A stretch of DNA of 64,000 bases, from the NCBI GenBank assembly GCA_007693325.1, contig REDW01000090.1, forward strand, positions 32,504 through 96,503, written 5' to 3'. The notes below the pieces were generated by a model. It was not told the origin of the DNA. It was given only the letters and a program-made list of their open reading frames with translations, and ran no database searches. The number at the start of each line of letters is the position of its first letter. Within the stretch, counting starts at the first letter, position 1. The translations under genes and the position numbers were made by a program. Shown one piece after another: positions 1 through 9,158 of the stretch. Source of the stretch: Spirochaetaceae bacterium. GTDB lineage: Bacteria; Spirochaetota; Spirochaetia; DSM-27196; PWMO01.

Positions 1-1466
1 GGCGTTATCGCGAGCAGGGTTCACCGCGCAACCTGACAACCATCCACCCGATTGCCGCCGGTGACATGTACGGTATTGACGGGATCGATCACCTGGCCCA
101 GGAAGGACTGCTGAAGAGAGTGATTGCCGGATCGTACCCGTCCGGACCATCCAATCGTGAGTCACCCAGGATCTGGCAGATGATTCGTGACAACAAGATC
201 GCCGCGTACAACGTCCCCAGCGGTGTGCTGTTTGACATGCATCGTGATGTTGCAGCCGGACGCCCCGGTGTGCTGACGAAGGTCGGCATGGATACCTTTG
301 TTGATCCGCGGCGCAACGGCTGCAAGATGAACGAGGCAGCTGCCGAGGATATCGTCTCGCTGGTGGACTTTGCCGGCGACACGTGGCTGCATTTCCCCAA
401 TATTGTGCCCGGCGTGGCAATTATCCGCGGCACCACCGCCGATGAGCGCGGCAATATCTCAATGGAGCACGAGGGCGCCTACCTGGGGGTCATAGAACAG
501 GCGCTATCCGTGCGCAACAGCGGCGGCATCGTGATTGCGCAGGTGAAACGCGTCACTGAAGCGTTCTCGATACCATCGCAGCGCGTCTACGTTCCCTCTA
601 CGCTGGTGGACTACGTGGTGGTAGCGGCCGACCAGATGCAGACCACCGAGACGCTCTACGATCCGGCAATCAGCGGCGAGATCAGAAGACCGCTTGATTC
701 CTTTGAGCCGGTAGACGAAGGCGTTGAGAAAGTGATCGCGCGCCGTGCGGCAATGGAACTTGCAGCTGGCGACACTGTTAACCTCGGTTTTGGAATATCT
801 GCGTTGGTGCCGCGCGTCTTGATCGAGGAAGGCATGGCGGACCGTGTGACATGGGCCATTGAACAGGGGGCTACCGGCGGCGTGCCATTGACCGGTTTTG
901 CCTTCGGCTGCGCTGCCAATGCGGAGGCTATCTTGGCATCCCCGTATCAATTTACGCTGTTTCAGGGCGGAGGGATTGACGTTACGCTGTTGTCCTTCAT
1001 GCAGGTAGACCGTCAGGGAAGCGTGAACGTATCGCGGTTGACCGCCAAGCTGCACGTGACCGCCGGCTGCGGCGGGTTTGTCGACATTGTGACCGCGGTG
1101 CGCCGGATTGTATTCTGCGGCACGTTCACCGCCGGTGGGCTGGACGTACGGGTTGAAGACCAGGCGCTGAACATCGTGCGCGACGGCAAGGTGAGCAAGT
1201 TTGTGCCTCAGGTGGAACACGTGACCTTCTCGGGTAATCAGGGCCGCGCCAGGCAGCAGGACGTCACGTACGTAACCGAACGCTGCGTGATCAAGCTGCT
1301 GCCACAGGGGCTGACGGTAACCGAGATTGCCCCCGGGGTTGACCTTCAGCGGCACGTGCTCGACCGCTGTGAGATTCCACTGGCGGTAGCAGACAATCTG
1401 AAGACCATGGACGCTCGGCTCTTCAGCACCGGTGCGGTTGGTCTCTACCAGGACCACGGGAGGTGA
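1..1466 (+). CDS. acyl-CoA:acetate/3-ketoacid CoA-transferase family protein (5' end cut by window edge)
   Basis: Reading frame is open back to nt 3 (..NLTTIHPIAAGDMYGIDG..), so the listed ATG at 66 is internal. The long fused alpha/beta CoA-transferase pattern is present (IAGSYPSGPS, GFGISALVP, EQGATGG). Confidence 0.8.
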   Translation, partial: RYREQGSPRNLTTIHPIAAGDMYGIDGIDHLAQEGLLKRVIAGSYPSGPSNRESPRIWQMIRDNKIAAYNVPSGVLFDMHRDVAAGRPGVLTKVGMDTFVDPRRNGCKMNEAAAEDIVSLVDFAGDTWLHFPNIVPGVAIIRGTTADERGNISMEHEGAYLGVIEQALSVRNSGGIVIAQVKRVTEAFSIPSQRVYVPSTLVDYVVVAADQMQTTETLYDPAISGEIRRPLDSFEPVDEGVEKVIARRAAMELAAGDTVNLGFGISALVPRVLIEEGMADRVTWAIEQGATGGVPLTGFAFGCAANAEAILASPYQFTLFQGGGIDVTLLSFMQVDRQGSVNVSRLTAKLHVTAGCGGFVDIVTAVRRIVFCGTFTAGGLDVRVEDQALNIVRDGKVSKFVPQVEHVTFSGNQGRARQQDVTYVTERCVIKLLPQGLTVTEIAPGVDLQRHVLDRCEIPLAVADNLKTMDARLFSTGAVGLYQDHGR

Positions 1467-1470
1467 ACGC

Positions 1471-2277
1471 ATGACGTCAGCCGGACAGGCGCCGCAGCAA
1501 TCAAAGGTTGTATTTGAGCGGCAGGACTCGCTGGCGCGGATCACGCTGAACCGCCCCGCCAAGCTCAACACTCTCGATGACGAGATGCTCGATACTCTGG
1601 AGCGCCTGGTAATCGACATCGACCGCGATCCGAAGTGCCGCGCGGTTGTCATATGTGCCAACGGCGAGAAAGCGTTCTGTGCCGGCGCCGATATCAACGC
1701 CTGGGGCGACTTGGCGCCGCTTGAAATGTGGCGCTGGTGGACCCGCCGAGGGCACGACATCTTCGGTCGCATCGAGGGGCTGCTGCAGCCCAGCGTTGCG
1801 CTCATTGACGGCATCGCCTACGGCGGCGGACTGGAGTTGGCGCTCAGTTGCGATCTGCTGCTGGCAACACAACGCAGCCGTTTTGCGTTTCCAGAGACCG
1901 CAGTTGCGGCTGTTCCCGGCTGGGGTGGTACGCTGCGGCTGACCGAACGGGTAGGGGTGTCTCGCGCCAAGCAGATGATATTCACCGGCGACCCCATATC
2001 GGCCGACAGCGCCGCCGAGTGGGGACTGGTGAACGTTGTCTACGCTGATCGCCAGGCGATGGAACAGGCAGCAACAGCTATCATCGAGCGGATCGGACGC
2101 AACGCACCGGTGGCGGTTGCCGCGGTCAAGCAGCTGTTGCGGCTGCATCAGGCGAGCCGCTACGGTGCCGGGGCAATGGAGTCGCTAGCCGGCGGGCTCA
2201 CGGCTCTAACGCAGGACGGCGCTGAGGGAATCGCTTCGTTCCGCCAGAAGCGCAGCCCGGATTTCCACGGCCGGTAG
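1471..2277 (+). CDS. enoyl-CoA hydratase/isomerase (crotonase) family protein
   Basis: Crotonase motifs are present (ITLNRPAKLNTL, FCAGADI, GGGLELALSCD). GGAGG lies 7 nt upstream of the ATG at 1471, so I prefer this start to the track start at 1432. Confidence 0.85.
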   Translation: MTSAGQAPQQSKVVFERQDSLARITLNRPAKLNTLDDEMLDTLERLVIDIDRDPKCRAVVICANGEKAFCAGADINAWGDLAPLEMWRWWTRRGHDIFGRIEGLLQPSVALIDGIAYGGGLELALSCDLLLATQRSRFAFPETAVAAVPGWGGTLRLTERVGVSRAKQMIFTGDPISADSAAEWGLVNVVYADRQAMEQAATAIIERIGRNAPVAVAAVKQLLRLHQASRYGAGAMESLAGGLTALTQDGAEGIASFRQKRSPDFHGR

Positions 2278-2296
2278 GCCGGCAGGAGCAATACAC

Positions 2297-3478
2297 ATGC
2301 AGGATCGCGAACGCAAGATACTGCTGCTGACCGTCAGTGCTCACGCCATGGTGCACGTCTTCGACGGTATGGTAGCGCCGCTGGTGCCGCTGCTGGTTGA
2401 GGTGTTTGACACCAACTATTTCCGCATTGGTCTGGTGGTGTCGCTGTTCTCGATTCTGTTCGGCGCCGGATCGCTGCCCGCGGGCTTCATGGCGGACCGT
2501 CTCGGTCCGCGGCGCCTGATCACGGTCTATCTGTTCGGCGCGGGGCTTTCATTTGTGGTTGTGTCCGTGATCAGCTCGTACTGGGTCTATGCTGGAATCA
2601 TGGCGCTGGCCGGACTTTTCTGCAGCACGTATCACCCCGCTGCCAACACGCTGATCGGCAAGGAGATCGCCGCGCGCGGCAACGCGTTTGGTATCCACGG
2701 AATTGCCGGCAGCATCGGCACCGCCGCCGCTCCGGTGGTGGTTGCCTGGTTGGGCAGCCGCGCGGGATGGCGCACGCCGCACCTGGTATTCGGCGTTTTG
2801 GCTGTTCTGGTTGCGATCTATTCGCTGCGAATCCCGGTGCACTCCACCGTGGCAGAGGCCGAGCGGCCCCGGGTGAAGCTTGCGGCAACCCGTGCGCCGA
2901 TGCTCTCGCTGGTAGCGTTCTACGCCGCGGCCGCGGTGCTCGGCCTGGCGTATCGTGCCACCATGACGTTTCTACCGGCGTTCATGGGCGAGCGGATCGT
3001 CGTTGCCGGTATCGACGCGCTGACCGCCGGCGGCATGATGGCAACGCTGACGCTGCTTTCAGGCGCGGTAGGACAGTACGCCGGCGGACGGTTGGTGGAT
3101 CGTCACCCACCGGAGCATCTCTATCTGCTGGCGCTGGTTGTCAGCTCGCTGTTCCTGGTCTTGATGATTGTTGGCGGGGGATTGCTGCTGGTTGCAGCGG
3201 CGGTGGTCTTTGCGCTGTTCTATTTTGCGGTGCAGCCGATTCAAAACGATATTCTGGCGCGCTACATTCCATCGCACAGCCTTGGGGCGGCCTACGGGCT
3301 GCATTTCCTGCTGGTCTTCGGCGCGGGCTCGTTTGGCGGCGCCGGGGCGGGCTTTGTGGCCGACCGTCTGGGGCTGACGGCAGTCTTTGTGACAACCGCA
3401 GCGCTGTTCGGTGTCTCGACCCTGCTGATCGTGCTGCTGGTGGTCAACCGTTCGCGGGTGGATGCAAACACAGCGTGA
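2297..3478 (+). CDS. MFS transporter
   Basis: About 12 hydrophobic helices and an MFS loop motif (GFMADRLGPRR). CAGGAG lies 8 nt upstream of the ATG. Confidence 0.85.
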   Translation: MQDRERKILLLTVSAHAMVHVFDGMVAPLVPLLVEVFDTNYFRIGLVVSLFSILFGAGSLPAGFMADRLGPRRLITVYLFGAGLSFVVVSVISSYWVYAGIMALAGLFCSTYHPAANTLIGKEIAARGNAFGIHGIAGSIGTAAAPVVVAWLGSRAGWRTPHLVFGVLAVLVAIYSLRIPVHSTVAEAERPRVKLAATRAPMLSLVAFYAAAAVLGLAYRATMTFLPAFMGERIVVAGIDALTAGGMMATLTLLSGAVGQYAGGRLVDRHPPEHLYLLALVVSSLFLVLMIVGGGLLLVAAAVVFALFYFAVQPIQNDILARYIPSHSLGAAYGLHFLLVFGAGSFGGAGAGFVADRLGLTAVFVTTAALFGVSTLLIVLLVVNRSRVDANTA

Positions 3479-3512
3479 TCGAGTGTTAACGGTGCACCGA
3501 TCAGGGGTTGCG

Positions 3513-3530
3513 ATTGCTGCATGCAACTGT
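3513..3530. promoter_or_regulatory. related operator-like site ATTGCTGCATGCAACTGT
   Basis: 13 of 18 positions are identical to 7810-7827, including the whole TGCATGCAAC core. It lies upstream of the second MFS gene. Confidence 0.35.
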
Positions 3531-3540
3531 TGTTCATCCG

Positions 3541-3563
3541 CCGGGCAGCAGTCTGCTGCCCGG
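3541..3563 (+). terminator. GC-rich hairpin CCGGGCAGCA-gtc-TGCTGCCCGG after the first MFS gene
   Basis: Perfect 10-bp stem with a 3-nt loop. There is no clear T-tract, so termination efficiency is uncertain. Confidence 0.4.
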
Positions 3564-3616
3564 CAGAGTAGAGTTTGGAGAAGGAAAGAGAGGATGAATA
3601 GAGTCACCGCGCTATT

Positions 3617-4975
3617 GTGCATCGCGCCTTTTGCTCTGCCACCGCTTGCCGGCGGAAAGCGAAAGTTGTGGCCATAACAGAAAAGACGCCCGGAACAGAG
3701 CAGTTGGGCAGCACGTCGTATCGCCGCTGGCTGCTGTGGGCGGTACTGGTGCTGCCGTACACGGTGGTCTATTTTCACCGGCTTGCCATAGGTGTGCTGC
3801 GCGAAGACCTGGCGCTGGAGTTTGCCCTCACGGCTACGGCGTTTGCCCAGATTGGTGCGGCCTACTTCTATACCTACGCAGCGCTTCAGATCCCGGCGGG
3901 AATACTGTCCGATTCGCTTGGCCCGCGGCGTACGGTCACCATCGCGGCTCTGATTACCGCGTTGGGAACTGCCATGTTTGCTTTGGCCGCAACAGCGGAG
4001 GCGCTGTTTGTGGGCAGGATGGTAATCGGAATCGGTGTGTCAACGGTCTTCGTTGCCATCTTGAAGGTGCTGGCGGTCTGGTTTGATGACGGAGAGTTTG
4101 CAACCCTCACCGGACTCACCGCCGGTGTTGGAACGCTTGGGGCCATCGGAGCGCAGACTCCGCTCTACCTTGCATCACAACGCTGGGGCTGGCGCGCGGC
4201 ATTCGTGGCCGTAGCTCTGTTCAGCGCGTTGGCCGCGGTGCTGTGCTACACCGTGGTGCGGGATCGCCCCGCGGCGGCCGGCAACAGGCACGGCGAGGCT
4301 GCGCACCAAAGCCATACTAACCTGTGGCGCGAGCTGGGCGCAACATTGCGCAACGCGCGCACATGGCCGCCGTGGCTGATGTTTGCCGGAGTCTACGGCT
4401 CCTTCATTGGGCTGGCGGGAACCTGGGGACAGAGCTATCTTGTGCTGGTGTTGGGGGTAGCACCTGAGACGGCCGCGGGATTACTCACGATGTCGGTGAT
4501 CGGCATCGCCGTTGGTGGGGTGCTCTTTGCCCGAATCTCTGATGCGTTACGCCACCGCAGGCTGCCGATGATAAGCTGTGCGTCGATCTATCTTGTGTTC
4601 TGGATCGTCTTTGTCAGTGGGACCGTACAGAGTGTTAGCGCGCTGCGGTTTCTGATGCTTGCTATCGGCCTGGCCGCCGGCGTGACTATGACTGCGCTGC
4701 CGTGCGGCAAGGAAGTCAACCATCCATCGTTCTCCGGTACGTCCACCTCGGTGGTCAATGTTGGAGGATTCTTTGGATCGGCGATGATCCCGGTTGCTAT
4801 GGGGTGGGTGCTGGACAGATTTGAGCCGGTTGTTGGCGTTTCAACCGCGTATCGCTATGCGCTGCTGGTGTGTGTTGCCGGGGCCGCGCTCGGTGCTCTG
4901 GGCGCAAGCCTGGTAACCGAGACGCGCTGCCGCAACATCTATTTTGCGTTGCAGCAGCGCGCCAAAGAGTCCTGA
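3617..4975 (+). CDS. MFS transporter (start uncertain: GTG 3617 or GTG 3668)
   Basis: Multi-helix hydrophobic protein with an MFS motif (GILSDSLGPRR). The N-terminal 17 codons are not transporter-like, and an upstream mini-ORF overlaps this region. Confidence 0.8.
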   Translation: MHRAFCSATACRRKAKVVAITEKTPGTEQLGSTSYRRWLLWAVLVLPYTVVYFHRLAIGVLREDLALEFALTATAFAQIGAAYFYTYAALQIPAGILSDSLGPRRTVTIAALITALGTAMFALAATAEALFVGRMVIGIGVSTVFVAILKVLAVWFDDGEFATLTGLTAGVGTLGAIGAQTPLYLASQRWGWRAAFVAVALFSALAAVLCYTVVRDRPAAAGNRHGEAAHQSHTNLWRELGATLRNARTWPPWLMFAGVYGSFIGLAGTWGQSYLVLVLGVAPETAAGLLTMSVIGIAVGGVLFARISDALRHRRLPMISCASIYLVFWIVFVSGTVQSVSALRFLMLAIGLAAGVTMTALPCGKEVNHPSFSGTSTSVVNVGGFFGSAMIPVAMGWVLDRFEPVVGVSTAYRYALLVCVAGAALGALGASLVTETRCRNIYFALQQRAKES

Positions 4976-4997
4976 CAGACCGGCCTGACACGCGATG

Positions 4998-6143
4998 TCA
5001 GGAGAGCTGTGGCACGTCCATCCAGGCGCGTTTCTTCCAGCTTTCCAGTCCCAGCTCCGCCAGCTGCACACCTTTGGCGGCTTCCAGCAGATCCCAGCGG
5101 AACTCACCGGCGCCGGCGTGGTACTTCAGAAACAGCTCCCACTGGATTTTGAAGGCGTTTTCGTACGGATCGCGGTCCGGCATTCTGGTCCAGCTTTCGT
5201 AAAAGTTGACCGGATTAGGAATGTCGGGATTCCACACCGGCTTGGGCGTTGCTCCTTCACTCTGGATGTAGACGTCGCGCAGTCCAACCCAGGCTGAGCC
5301 GTTGGTTCCGTCAACCTGGAGCCCCATGATTTCATCGCGGCGCAACCTGATCTGCCACGACGTATTGAAGTGCACAAAAACCCCGTCCTCGGTCTCAAAG
5401 GTTGCCCAGGCGGTGTCTTCAGCGGTTGAATCGTACGGCTTACCATTCTCGTCAACGCGCTTGGGTATGGTCACGGCACCGACGGCCGATATTCCCTTGA
5501 TCGGTCCGAACAGGTTGTCGACCACGTAGCGCCAGTGCGGAAACATGTCAACGAAGATGCCGCCGCCGTCCTCTTTGCGGTAGTTCCAGGAAGGGCGCTG
5601 GGCGGTCTGGTGGAAGCCGTCGAAGACCCAGTAGCCAAACTCCATGCGAACGTTGACAAGGCGTCCGAAGAACCCGGTGTCGATCAGGTACTTGAGCTTC
5701 AGCATGCCGGGCAGCCACAGCTTATCCTGTACTACGCCGTGCTTGACGCCGGCTGCCTTGGCTTCGTGGTAGAGCGCCAGCGCTTCGCTGGTAGTCTCGG
5801 CGGTTGGTTTTTCGCAGTAGATCGATTTACGGGCAGCGATTGCTTTCCTGACCGCCGGTACGCGCAACTGCGTCAGCTGGGCGTCAAAGTAGATCTCGTT
5901 GGCAGAATCCGCCAGCGCAGCGTCGAGGTCAGTGGTGAACTGCTCAACCTGGTACCTCTTTGCCAGCGCCTCGAGTTTCTCCTGGTTACGGCCGACCAGG
6001 ACCGGCTGCGGCATCAAGCTGTCTCCGTTGGCAAGGCGCACTCCACCCTGATTGCGAATAGCAATGATCGAACGCTCCAGATGCTGGTTGGTACCCATGC
6101 GACCGGTGACACCGTTCATGATTATCCCGATTTTGCGTTGCAT
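4998..6143 (-). CDS. Gfo/Idh/MocA family oxidoreductase
   Basis: N-terminal Rossmann motif KIGIIMNGVTGRMG. AGGAGA lies 6 nt upstream of the ATG at 6143. The alternative ATG at 6158 overlaps the upstream stop as ATGA. Confidence 0.85.
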   Translation of the reverse strand: MQRKIGIIMNGVTGRMGTNQHLERSIIAIRNQGGVRLANGDSLMPQPVLVGRNQEKLEALAKRYQVEQFTTDLDAALADSANEIYFDAQLTQLRVPAVRKAIAARKSIYCEKPTAETTSEALALYHEAKAAGVKHGVVQDKLWLPGMLKLKYLIDTGFFGRLVNVRMEFGYWVFDGFHQTAQRPSWNYRKEDGGGIFVDMFPHWRYVVDNLFGPIKGISAVGAVTIPKRVDENGKPYDSTAEDTAWATFETEDGVFVHFNTSWQIRLRRDEIMGLQVDGTNGSAWVGLRDVYIQSEGATPKPVWNPDIPNPVNFYESWTRMPDRDPYENAFKIQWELFLKYHAGAGEFRWDLLEAAKGVQLAELGLESWKKRAWMDVPQLS

Positions 6144-6154
6144 CGAATCTCTCC

Positions 6155-6973
6155 TCATACGTGTTCTTTGTAGGCTTGAATGATCTTCTGCAGGTAGCTC
6201 GACTGATCGGTGCTCCAGTAGTGCGTCGAGAAGATCTCCACTTCATTGAAGCCGGTAAACCCGGCCTGCTCCACTGCGTTACGGAAATGTGGGATGTCGA
6301 TGCAGCCTTCACCCATCAGAGCACGGTCCAGCAGAAAGTCACGCGTTGGTACGCGCCAGTCACAGACGTGAAAGGCAAATATCCGCTCTGCTGCACCGCA
6401 ACGCGCAATCTCGCCGATGGCGTTGGGATCCCACCAGATGTGATAGACATCCACCGCTACGCCAACGTTGGGCAGGTCGATCTGGTCGCACATGTCGTTG
6501 GCGCTCTGCATGGTGTTAACCGCCGACTTGGCGTCCGCGTACATCGGGTGCAGCGGTTCAATCGCCAGCTTGACCCCCGCCTCCCGCGCGCGTCCCGCCG
6601 CAGCCAGTATGCCTTCGGCGATCTGGGCTCGAGAGTCCGCAAGCGGTTGGCCGGGGTCGGCCCCGCAGACCAGTACGATAAGCGGTGCGCCCAGTGCCGC
6701 GGCCTCGTCTATTGCGCACAGATTGTCTTCAAGCGCGCGTGCACGGGCATTGGCGTCAACCGATGGGAAGAACCCGCCACGACAGAGGCTGACAACCTGC
6801 AGCCCCGCGTCACGGATACTGCGCCCGACAGTGGCCGGATCACGGTTTGCCAGTGCGTCGCGCCAGACCGTAATACCGCTGACGCCGCAACGCGCGTAGT
6901 TCTCCACGGCTATCTCGACACTCCACGGTTTGGTAGTGACTGTGTGTATACAAAGCTTGTCCAGGTCCTGCAT
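6155..6973 (-). CDS. sugar phosphate isomerase/epimerase (xylose-isomerase-like TIM barrel)
   Basis: Length and motifs of the AP-endonuclease-2/xylose-isomerase-like TIM family (LAIEPLHP, HVCD). AGGAGA RBS lies 7 nt upstream. Confidence 0.85.
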   Translation of the reverse strand: MQDLDKLCIHTVTTKPWSVEIAVENYARCGVSGITVWRDALANRDPATVGRSIRDAGLQVVSLCRGGFFPSVDANARARALEDNLCAIDEAAALGAPLIVLVCGADPGQPLADSRAQIAEGILAAAGRAREAGVKLAIEPLHPMYADAKSAVNTMQSANDMCDQIDLPNVGVAVDVYHIWWDPNAIGEIARCGAAERIFAFHVCDWRVPTRDFLLDRALMGEGCIDIPHFRNAVEQAGFTGFNEVEIFSTHYWSTDQSSYLQKIIQAYKEHV

Positions 6974-6984
6974 GCCCGGTTCTC

Positions 6985-7791
6985 CTATAGTCGCGGCAGA
7001 TGGAATCCACCGTCAGAGTGAATCACTGAGCCGGTGGAAAACGCCAGATCGCCATCCAGAATGGCGCGCACCAGACGCCCGATATCCGCTGGGGTTCCCC
7101 AGCGCCGCTGCGGTACCAGCCCCTCGCCGATCAGTGCGTCGTACTTGGCCTTCACTCCGCTGGTCATATCGGTCTCCGTGATGCCGGGACGCACTTCGTA
7201 CACCTGAATACCGTCTGCGGCCAGGCGCGTGGCCCACAGCCGGGCGGCCATCGCCAGACCGGCTTTGGATACACAGTACTCTCCCCGCTGAATCGACGCG
7301 GCGTCCGCGGAGATCGAGCCGACAAACACTATCTTGCGTCCGGACTCAATTGCACTCGCAGCGACACTATCGGGATCTCCGTCGGTGCCGAGCCAGCGGC
7401 GCACAACCGATTGGGTCAGGAAGTAGGGGCCCGTGAGGTTGATATCCAGGACTTCGTGAAACGATTCTTCGGTTGCCTCGGTGATATCGAGGCGCTGCCG
7501 CGGTCCAATTCCGGCGTTGTTCACCAGCGCGTCGATTGTGCCAAACGTGTCCCAGACTTCGCTCAGCAGCCGCGACCTGTCCTGCGGGTTGCCGACGTTG
7601 GCCTGGAAGGCGGCAAACCGGCCCGAGCCGGCGTCAGTACACGCCGCCAGGGTCTCCTCAGCCGCTTTGTGATTGCCGGCGTAGTTTATCGCTACCGAGT
7701 AGCCGCTGCGGGCCAATTCGAGTGCTATTCCGCGGCCGATGCCTCGGCTTGCACCGGTCACCAGAGCAACGGGATTTTTGGGGTCTGACAT
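6985..7791 (-). CDS. SDR family oxidoreductase (3-oxoacyl-ACP reductase-like)
   Basis: TGASRGIGRGIA cofactor motif, NNAG, and the YxxxK catalytic motif (YCVSK). Confidence 0.9.
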   Translation of the reverse strand: MSDPKNPVALVTGASRGIGRGIALELARSGYSVAINYAGNHKAAEETLAACTDAGSGRFAAFQANVGNPQDRSRLLSEVWDTFGTIDALVNNAGIGPRQRLDITEATEESFHEVLDINLTGPYFLTQSVVRRWLGTDGDPDSVAASAIESGRKIVFVGSISADAASIQRGEYCVSKAGLAMAARLWATRLAADGIQVYEVRPGITETDMTSGVKAKYDALIGEGLVPQRRWGTPADIGRLVRAILDGDLAFSTGSVIHSDGGFHLPRL

Positions 7792-7809
7792 ACCAGCTCC
7801 AATGTGCTA

Positions 7810-7827
7810 GTTGTTGCATGCAACAAC
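7810..7827. promoter_or_regulatory. perfect 18-bp palindrome GTTGTTGCATGCAACAAC (operator candidate)
   Basis: Lies between the putative -10 and the RBS of the SDR/isomerase/oxidoreductase operon, 48 nt downstream of the ROK gene stop. Confidence 0.5.
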
Positions 7828-7839
7828 GTTGATTACGCA

Positions 7840-7868
7840 AGGGTACCCTGTGTTTGCCGGTCTGTCAA
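7840..7868 (-). promoter_or_regulatory. sigma70-like promoter TTGACA-N17-TACCCT
   Basis: Read on the minus strand just after the ROK stop. The -35 is perfect and the -10 is weak. Confidence 0.3.
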
Positions 7869-7874
7869 GAAAAA

Positions 7875-9158
7875 CTAGTTGGCGGTAGCTCGGAGAGTGA
7901 GGAGCTGCTTGAGCCGCGAACGGAAAAAGCGGTAGACGCTGCCGCGGGCACAGCCGCGGAAGTCGGCGGTAACAGCGCGGATCTCCACCTGGTCTCTGGC
8001 GTAATCGGGCAGCTGGCTGCGCAGGAAGCGGCACAACCGGCCAAAGACTACTTCATTTTCGGTGAATGGGCCGGCAATTACAATCACGTCCGGGTAGAAG
8101 ATCTGATGAATGTTCAGCAGCGCGAGCATCACGTTGTGTGTAGCACGAGTAATCGCGGGGTGGTCTGCAATTTCAGGGCAGCGCATGGTGCGTCCGAGCT
8201 CGCGTTCATCGGTGAGGCTGCCTCTGATATCCTCTGCAATCTCTGCGCGGATTGCCCACAACGCGGCTTCGGTTTCAAGGCAGCCAACCGCTCCGCACTG
8301 GCACGGTTTGCCGTGATCGAGCGACAGCCGGGTGTGTCCGATCTCGCAGAAGCGGCCGATGGTAGAGCCCATCACCGCACCGCCGTGAGCGTAGGCAGCC
8401 CCGATACCGAACCCCCAGTGTACAAAAAGCACGTCTTTCTGCTGATACGCGAGGTTTTTCTGTACCAGGTATTCCAGCTCCGAGTCCTGCATGCGGCTGA
8501 TGGTCACCGGCAGACCGAGCTGCTCGCTGAGCAGCCCGAAATCGAGAGCCCGGATGTTGCGCCAGCGAGCGGCCGATACCCACGTGTTGTTGCCTGAGGC
8601 AACCGTGCCTACCAGAGAGAGTGCAATTCCGAGGATCTCCGCGCCTGCCGGCACGTGCCGGCCAATCACCGCAAAAGAGCGCACGCACGCCTGCAGGAAC
8701 TCGCGGTTGTCGGTATCCGGAGCCAGTGGTTCGATGTGCTCAGCGACAATCTCTTCGGCAAGATTTATCAGCGCGGTCCGCAGCTCGCGCGCCTGGACGT
8801 ACATCGATACTGCCACCAGCCGGTTGAACTCAAGTTGCAGCAGCACTGCCGGTCTGCCCGGCCGGTCACCCTCAACCGCGGCCACGGCGGTGACAAATCG
8901 TTCCTCGATAAGTTCCTTGACCGCCCACGACACGGTTGTTGGCCGGATCCCGGTCTGCTCCGCGATCCACTTGCGGCTGCACGGGGCGCTGGTTGCAAGC
9001 TTCTCAAAAACCAGCGCCTTTTCGCGATCCTTCAGTCTGTAGCGCTCGCCATCATGAATCGAGCCAATGGTACTCAGCAACGCCCGGCCTCCCTCATGGT
9101 GCGCTTGAAGTGTATCTCGCGCGTTAGCGAACGCCGGCAGTAGACTGCGGCCGATCAT
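7875..9158 (-). CDS. ROK family transcriptional regulator (start uncertain)
   Basis: N-terminal wHTH-like segment (SRKWIAEQTGIRPTTVSWAVKELIE) followed by a ROK sugar-kinase fold with a cysteine motif (GHTRLSLDHGKPCQCGAVGCLE). The first 78 codons of the track ORF overlap the upstream gene, so I trimmed to the ATG at 9158, which still overlaps by 35 nt. Confidence 0.75.
   Translation of the reverse strand: MIGRSLLPAFANARDTLQAHHEGGRALLSTIGSIHDGERYRLKDREKALVFEKLATSAPCSRKWIAEQTGIRPTTVSWAVKELIEERFVTAVAAVEGDRPGRPAVLLQLEFNRLVAVSMYVQARELRTALINLAEEIVAEHIEPLAPDTDNREFLQACVRSFAVIGRHVPAGAEILGIALSLVGTVASGNNTWVSAARWRNIRALDFGLLSEQLGLPVTISRMQDSELEYLVQKNLAYQQKDVLFVHWGFGIGAAYAHGGAVMGSTIGRFCEIGHTRLSLDHGKPCQCGAVGCLETEAALWAIRAEIAEDIRGSLTDERELGRTMRCPEIADHPAITRATHNVMLALLNIHQIFYPDVIVIAGPFTENEVVFGRLCRFLRSQLPDYARDQVEIRAVTADFRGCARGSVYRFFRSRLKQLLTLRATAN

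Noticed and set aside
504-1814. 436-aa antisense ORF. Similar long shadow ORFs occur at 42078-43538, 45924-47423, 50168-51418, 19557-20573 and 24590-25750.
   Set aside because: Each lies opposite a gene with clear family motifs. They have R/A/P/G-rich low-information translations and lack RBSs. Stop-codon-poor antisense frames are expected at this G+C content.
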